Assembly (NCBI GenBank): GCA_026129095.1
Contig: JAHCIT010000010.1
Coordinates: 62,001 to 126,000 of the forward strand
Direction: 5' to 3'
DNA: 64,000 nucleotides
Source: Deltaproteobacteria bacterium
GTDB lineage: Bacteria > JAGRBM01 > JAHCIT01
The stretch's first letter is position 1. Each line of letters opens with the position of its first letter. The notes beneath the pieces are model-generated. The model searched no databases. It was not told where the DNA came from and saw only the letters and a list, made by a program, of their open reading frames with translations. A program made the translations under genes and the position numbers. Shown here piece after piece: positions 59,243 through 64,000 of this stretch.

Positions 59243-60457
59243 ATGCCGCTGTTTGATTTCAAATCGGTCGATTCGCGCGGGCATCCCTATGAGGGGCGAA
59301 TGGCTGCCGCGTCCGCATCGGAAGTGCGGGAGACTCTTGAAGGACGGGGTTTTGTCCGGATTTCGGTCCAGGAATACACGCAGGACGACAGGATCCCGCC
59401 TGCTGCCGCCCCCGTCCGCCAGATGGGCCGCCTCAGCCGGGGCGAAGTGGACCGGATGGAGGGGCCCGACAACCCGGCCCCCGGTATTGACCTTGAGACG
59501 ATCGGCACAAGCGATGCCGAAAACGCCGAAATACGCACCGTCATGCAGGGGTTACGCCGGAGCGCACTCTGGTTCCTGGCGCTCCGCATGGCGATTTTCG
59601 GGCTTGTCGCGCTGCTGCTGGCTGCGGGCATGGGGGTGGTGGATATCTCAGTGCCTGACCAGACGGTTCTCTTTGTAATCGCGCTGGTCCTGTTGGTGGT
59701 TCAGTTCGCGCTGGTCCGGTCGGCCCGGCGGGGTCCGCTTGCGCCGCTCGCCGAGTGGCAGCGTTTGAGGCAGAAGGCCCAGTACCGGAAAGCCGCCATG
59801 CTCCTGGAGCGGGTGCATTCACAGTCGGTATTCATCCGCCGTGTGCTGCCCGAGGGGTATTACCACGGCGAACTGGCGATCCTGTATGCGATGGATGGCG
59901 ACCGCTCCCGCGCATTCGAGGAACTCGCCCGCGCCGAGGCGGCCCGGCTGAGGGAACCGTTCCTTTCCTACCGAAAGGCGACCGTTTACCGGGCATTGAA
60001 GGAGTTTGCTGAAGCCGAGCAGCATTACCGGCGGGCACTGGAGATCGATCCCGGCTCGTCGATGCTCCGGGCCGAACTGGCCCTGCTCTATCTGGAGGCC
60101 GGACGGGATTTCGACCAGGCCGAAAACCTGCTCAAGGAGGCGCTCACGCAGGGGGGCTCTCCGCGCAGCATTGGCCTCCTGACCGGGTATCTCGGAGCGG
60201 TGTCATTCCGCCGAGGTCGGATTGACGAGGCGGACCGGAACATTGAGGAGGGGCTGAGGAACCTGATGCCGATACGGGGCCTGTCACCGCTCTCTGGTGT
60301 CGCTGCCGAGCTTTTCTACTACCGGGCGCTCGTCCAGAAGGCCCTTGGACACCGGCGGCGTGCGCTTCGGGCGCTCCGCCAGGCACGGAAGAATACCCAC
60401 GATCCACAGCTCCTGAGCCGCATTTCCAGTGCTGAAAAGGAGATACGGGGCACCTGA
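59243..60457 (+). CDS. Membrane TPR protein with PilC/GspF-like N-terminal motif
   Basis: N-terminus MPLFDFKSVDSRG..EGRMAAAS..EV..L..RG, then two TMs and TPR repeats. Confidence 0.7.
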   Translation: MPLFDFKSVDSRGHPYEGRMAAASASEVRETLEGRGFVRISVQEYTQDDRIPPAAAPVRQMGRLSRGEVDRMEGPDNPAPGIDLETIGTSDAENAEIRTVMQGLRRSALWFLALRMAIFGLVALLLAAGMGVVDISVPDQTVLFVIALVLLVVQFALVRSARRGPLAPLAEWQRLRQKAQYRKAAMLLERVHSQSVFIRRVLPEGYYHGELAILYAMDGDRSRAFEELARAEAARLREPFLSYRKATVYRALKEFAEAEQHYRRALEIDPGSSMLRAELALLYLEAGRDFDQAENLLKEALTQGGSPRSIGLLTGYLGAVSFRRGRIDEADRNIEEGLRNLMPIRGLSPLSGVAAELFYYRALVQKALGHRRRALRALRQARKNTHDPQLLSRISSAEKEIRGT

Positions 60458-60493
60458 ATTCCCTTGGTGCCTGCCAGTTGTTACTACTACGCA

Positions 60494-60814
60494 ATGACCG
60501 AATCCGAATATCTGATAGCCGTTGATGATTTCCTGCGACGCATCGAGGATGCCGTCGATGCGCTGGGCCGCGAGGATATCGAACTGTCGCCCGGCGACGG
60601 CAAGCTCTCCATTGATTTCGAGGACGGCAGCAAGCTGATCCTGAGCCGCCAGCGGGCCGTGCAGCAGATCTGGCTCGCCGAGCCCAGGGGCGGCTGGCAC
60701 TATTCGGCCGGAAGCGGAGGCCGCTGGCTGTGTGACAAGCGGGGGACGGATCTCGTGCGAGATCTGGAAACGCTTGTCGGTGCCAGGCTGGGTAAGCCGG
60801 TAAAGCTCGAATAG
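60494..60814 (+). CDS. cyaY: Frataxin-family iron donor CyaY
   Basis: KLSIDFEDGSKLILSRQRAVQQIWLA..GGWHY. Confidence 0.85.
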   Translation: MTESEYLIAVDDFLRRIEDAVDALGREDIELSPGDGKLSIDFEDGSKLILSRQRAVQQIWLAEPRGGWHYSAGSGGRWLCDKRGTDLVRDLETLVGARLGKPVKLE

Positions 60815-61035
60815 GCCCGATTGTCCCCGCAGGGCAATCCCGCCTACACTTCCTCCATGTTTCCCGTCGAGGAAAAAGTCCGCCAGCAGAAGCTCAAATG
60901 GGCGCGGCTTGCCGCAGACCGGCTGGCCTGCGAATCGGTCTGCCGGTTCCTGCTGAACCTGAACCGCGGCGAAGCGTGCGAACGTGCCCGCTACCTGCAC
61001 GCCATCCCTGGCGGCAGGTAGTTCTTTCCGTATCC

Positions 61036-61767
61036 CTACTTCAGGTTCGCAAATGGCCCGGTGGAGAGGAAACCGGAGACTTCCTCGGCGGCCCGGGCGT
61101 TGGCGATGTCTACCGGCGGTTTTCGAAGCCTGAGCTTGGTGGCGATGTAGGCGGCGGGGATCAGCTTCGACAGTTCTTTGGCCTTTTCCATCGCCTTCGG
61201 CATGAGGTCATCCGCCGAGGCCACGAGTTCCTGCGTCACTTCCCGGCGGTGGGTTTCCTTCGGGGGCATCACGCGGGCGTGCACCATCATGTCCATGTGG
61301 TAGCGGTGGGGGATCGTCTGTGCACAGGTGGCGACAACCCATGAAGGCAGCGGCAGGCCGATGGCCGTCTCGTTCAGGCCGTATTTATGCGCGTCGTTGT
61401 CCACGGCGATGCGGACATCGCCCATGAGATAGAGCACCATGCCGCCCGCGAGTGCGTGCCCGTTCGAGGCGCAGATCACCGGCGCCGGGAATAGAAATAC
61501 CCGCTGCATCAGCACGGGGAAGGCAGCAAGGGTTTTTGTCAGCTCATCCTTTTTCAGCATCGGCAGGGCCTTGAGGTCCAGCCCGCCGGAGAAGAATTTT
61601 TCCCGGCCGGTGATGATGAGGGCGGAGACCTTGTCGGCTTCGGCGCGATCCAGCGCCTTGCCGAGCTGGTCAAACAGCTCGCCCTGCATGGCATTGGCCT
61701 TGCCGTCATCGAGGCGGATGATGCCGATACGGCCGTCGAGGGAGTAGTGGACACGGTCAGTCGTCAT
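61036..61767 (-). CDS. Crotonase / enoyl-CoA hydratase-isomerase family protein
   Basis: LDDGKANA, FSGGLDL, NGHALAGG, GLNETAIG. Confidence 0.9.
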   Translation of the reverse strand: MTTDRVHYSLDGRIGIIRLDDGKANAMQGELFDQLGKALDRAEADKVSALIITGREKFFSGGLDLKALPMLKKDELTKTLAAFPVLMQRVFLFPAPVICASNGHALAGGMVLYLMGDVRIAVDNDAHKYGLNETAIGLPLPSWVVATCAQTIPHRYHMDMMVHARVMPPKETHRREVTQELVASADDLMPKAMEKAKELSKLIPAAYIATKLRLRKPPVDIANARAAEEVSGFLSTGPFANLK

Positions 61768-61803
61768 GATTCGGGCCTCCGGTGGAGCTGGTGGCAGTGA
61801 CCT

Positions 61804-61843
61804 AAAACGGAACCCCGGTGCTCGATGCCGAGAACCGGGGTTC
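61804..61843 (-). terminator. Intrinsic terminator after the SDR gene
   Basis: GGAACCCCGGT/ACCGGGGTTCC hairpin followed by GTTTT on the minus strand. Confidence 0.75.
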
Positions 61844-61870
61844 CAGTCAGGACCATCCCAGAAGCAGGGT

Positions 61871-62779
61871 CTACTTCTTGGACAGGTTGGCCATGACGGC
61901 CATGGTCGATTCCTGGATCGTCCGGCACATCTTGGCGTTGGTGAAGTCGGTGATCTTGGAGAAGTTCTCCTTGATCGCATCGTAGGTGATCGGCTCGGTG
62001 ATCTTCAGTCCCAGGCCGGGGCTGCGGTACCAGGCGATCTTCGTGAAGAAGCCGCCACCGACCTCGAAGATGCCGCCGGTTTCCTTGCACTCTTCCGAGC
62101 ACAGGTAGGCCACCAGCGGGGAGACGAACTCCGGCTTGAGGTTCTCCAGCATGGGAGGAGGCATGACGGTTTCGGTCAGGCGCGAGCGGGCGATCGGGGC
62201 GATCACATTCACGTTGATGTTGTTCTTCTTGCCTTCGTGGGCGAGCGTCTGCCCCAGACCCAACAGGCCCATCTTGGCTGCCGAGTAGTTGGCTTGGCCG
62301 AAGTTGCCGTAAATACCGGCGGCCGAGGCGGTCATGATGATACGGCCGTAGTTCTGGTCCTTCAGGCGGGGCCAGGCGGCCTTGGTGACGTAGTACGCGC
62401 CCGTCAGGTGCACGCCGATGATGGCCAGCCAGTCGTCGTCGGTCATCTTGCCGAACGAGACGTCGCGCAGGAAGCCTGCGTTGTTGATGACGATATCGAC
62501 CTTGCCGAAGGCATCGACGGCGCTTTTCACGACCGCTTCGCCGCCCTCATGGGTGGAGATGGTGTCGTAGTTCGCAACGGCCTCGCCGCCCTTGGCCTTG
62601 ATCTCGTCGACAACCTTCTGGGCCGAGGTCTTGTCGGCACCTTCGCCCTTCAGCGAGCCGCCGAGGTCATTCACGACGACCTTGGCGCCCAGCGACGAGA
62701 GCGTGAGCGAGTGGGAGCGGCCCAGCGCACCGCCGCCTCCGGTGACAATGGCTACCCTGCCTTCAAGTGGCTTACCCAT
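61871..62779 (-). CDS. SDR, (3R)-hydroxyacyl-CoA dehydrogenase-like (MFE-2/HSD17B4 N-domain type)
   Basis: GAKVVVNDLGG, NNAGFLRD, GIYGNFGQANYSAAK, SRLTET. Confidence 0.9.
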   Translation of the reverse strand: MGKPLEGRVAIVTGGGGALGRSHSLTLSSLGAKVVVNDLGGSLKGEGADKTSAQKVVDEIKAKGGEAVANYDTISTHEGGEAVVKSAVDAFGKVDIVINNAGFLRDVSFGKMTDDDWLAIIGVHLTGAYYVTKAAWPRLKDQNYGRIIMTASAAGIYGNFGQANYSAAKMGLLGLGQTLAHEGKKNNINVNVIAPIARSRLTETVMPPPMLENLKPEFVSPLVAYLCSEECKETGGIFEVGGGFFTKIAWYRSPGLGLKITEPITYDAIKENFSKITDFTNAKMCRTIQESTMAVMANLSKK

Positions 62780-62914
62780 GAGCGAGATTCTCCTTGGCTT
62801 TCCGTGGGATATGGACCCTGCCTGGCCTCCGGCCCCTGCCGGTTGACTGGCGAGTCAAACTAGCGCCCGTTTCTAATGAAGGGGGCGGGGCATGTCAACC
62901 GGATTTTTTGAGGC

Positions 62915-63550
62915 CTAGAACTCCCATCCCGCACCCCGGTGGCGGCCGACGGTCTTTCCCGTTTCGTCCACCAGGTCCACATGGAGGAGCCCCTTCTGCC
63001 CCTTGAGGCGGGGGTAGGCTTTCTCCAGTTCGGCCCGGAGTTCATCCACCACGGGGGTGAAGGGGACCGACTGGGTGCTGGTACCCCGGACCGGCTGTAT
63101 CCGGGCAGCAAAGCCGCCGCCCGTGGTCTCCTCCAGCGAGACGAGCACCCAGGGTTTGCCTTCGATAGCCGCCCGGCGGAGGATATGAAGCTGGGTGTTC
63201 AGGAGCAGTGAACTGCCGGTCGCGGCTGCCGTGGGCGAAAGGGCACCGGGTGCCGGTGCCACGGCCGGTTCGGTGGAGAGGGACGCGCCTTCGGGCAACG
63301 GCTCCGTGACGGGTTCGGCGGACTCGGCTACTTCGCTGCCGGCCGTACCGTCCGTGGCTGCATCGGCTGGTGCATCCTTTTTATTGCCGGTGACGACATT
63401 CTTGGCCTTCTCCACCAGCTTTTCGGTATCAACCCGCCCGGCAATGGGCTCCTTGGACCCTCCCGGTTTCCCCTGCCATGAAGTCTGGCTGCCGCAGGCG
63501 GCGAGCATCAGGAGCATTAGTGGCAGGGCCATATGCTTAAACCGGTTCAT
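62915..63550 (-). CDS. Hypothetical lipoprotein
   Basis: Lipobox LAAC, low-complexity A/E/P linker, small C-terminal domain. GGAGG RBS. Confidence 0.75.
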   Translation of the reverse strand: MNRFKHMALPLMLLMLAACGSQTSWQGKPGGSKEPIAGRVDTEKLVEKAKNVVTGNKKDAPADAATDGTAGSEVAESAEPVTEPLPEGASLSTEPAVAPAPGALSPTAAATGSSLLLNTQLHILRRAAIEGKPWVLVSLEETTGGGFAARIQPVRGTSTQSVPFTPVVDELRAELEKAYPRLKGQKGLLHVDLVDETGKTVGRHRGAGWEF

Positions 63551-64000
63551 GGGGACAACCTCCAGTTCGTGCCGTACAGAAAGCCGCTTACCTCGGGCTT
63601 GATGGCGGGCCAGTTATTCGCTTCGAGATAGCCTTCCGTGAACCGGGAGCCGAAGCCAAAAGCCATGAAAACGTCCCGGCGTTCACCTGAAACCGGATAA
63701 CTGACCCGGAGCAGTCCGTCGAGTGCCAGTTCATGGTGTGGCAGCAGCGTATAGGTTTTGGGGACAAGAAACCGTTTCGAGGCGAAACCGGCTCCCAGCT
63801 TTTCCAGGGACTTGCGGACGGGGCGGACGTGGTTTTCCGGGCCGATCCAGGACCGGGTTCTGACGCTGAACTCGTACCAGTCGGTGCGGAATAGTGGGGA
63901 GGTCTGGTAATCGATCTGCCGCCAGCCTTCCGGTATCCGGTCACCGTCGAAAGCCACCGTTTCCTTCCGGCCGAAGGCCGTGCTCAGGCAATCCAGTTCG
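63547..64000 (-). CDS. Hypothetical protein (5' part outside window)
   Basis: Frame open to the window edge. Stop overlaps the next start (ATGA). Confidence 0.55.
   Translation of the reverse strand, partial: ELDCLSTAFGRKETVAFDGDRIPEGWRQIDYQTSPLFRTDWYEFSVRTRSWIGPENHVRPVRKSLEKLGAGFASKRFLVPKTYTLLPHHELALDGLLRVSYPVSGERRDVFMAFGFGSRFTEGYLEANNWPAIKPEVSGFLYGTNWRLSP

Noticed and set aside
60821-61021. 66-aa ORF after cyaY
   Set aside because: No recognisable motif or RBS; cannot be supported.
61766-62863. 365-aa plus-strand ORF
   Set aside because: Antisense shadow of the SDR gene.

Overview
A gene-dense, GC-rich bacterial chromosomal segment with about 55 CDS. I saw no rRNA, tRNA, CRISPR array, transposase or prophage. 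The gene content suggests a deltaproteobacterial/Myxococcota-like diderm (inference): a stand-alone hemL-atpZ-atpI-atpB-atpE F0 block, REC-DUF4388-J-TPR and pseudo-REC coiled-coil proteins, PEGA, FHA and zinc-ribbon proteins, and a TPR-GAF sigma54 activator. Housekeeping genes include cysK, cysC, aprAB, thiE, tpx, the atp F0 genes, hemL, a gcvH-like gene, dnaK, ilvE and cyaY. The most interesting elements are: (1) a POTRA-less Omp85 barrel coupled to an exported protein that looks like a kinase-fold protein with all catalytic residues replaced; (2) a cytidylyltransferase / CDP-alcohol phosphotransferase / flippase-like / TolC / MlaC-like operon, a candidate lipid head-group synthesis and export system preceded by a DnaA-box + IHF cluster; (3) a complete sigma54 circuit (activator, palindromic UAS, IHF site, -24/-12 promoter) in front of an 1844-aa surface lipoprotein; (4) a Ser/Thr kinase - double FHA - putative substrate triad; (5) a cysC-aprA-aprB operon of assimilatory type with a palindromic operator. 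All family assignments come from motif recognition by eye; no searches were run.
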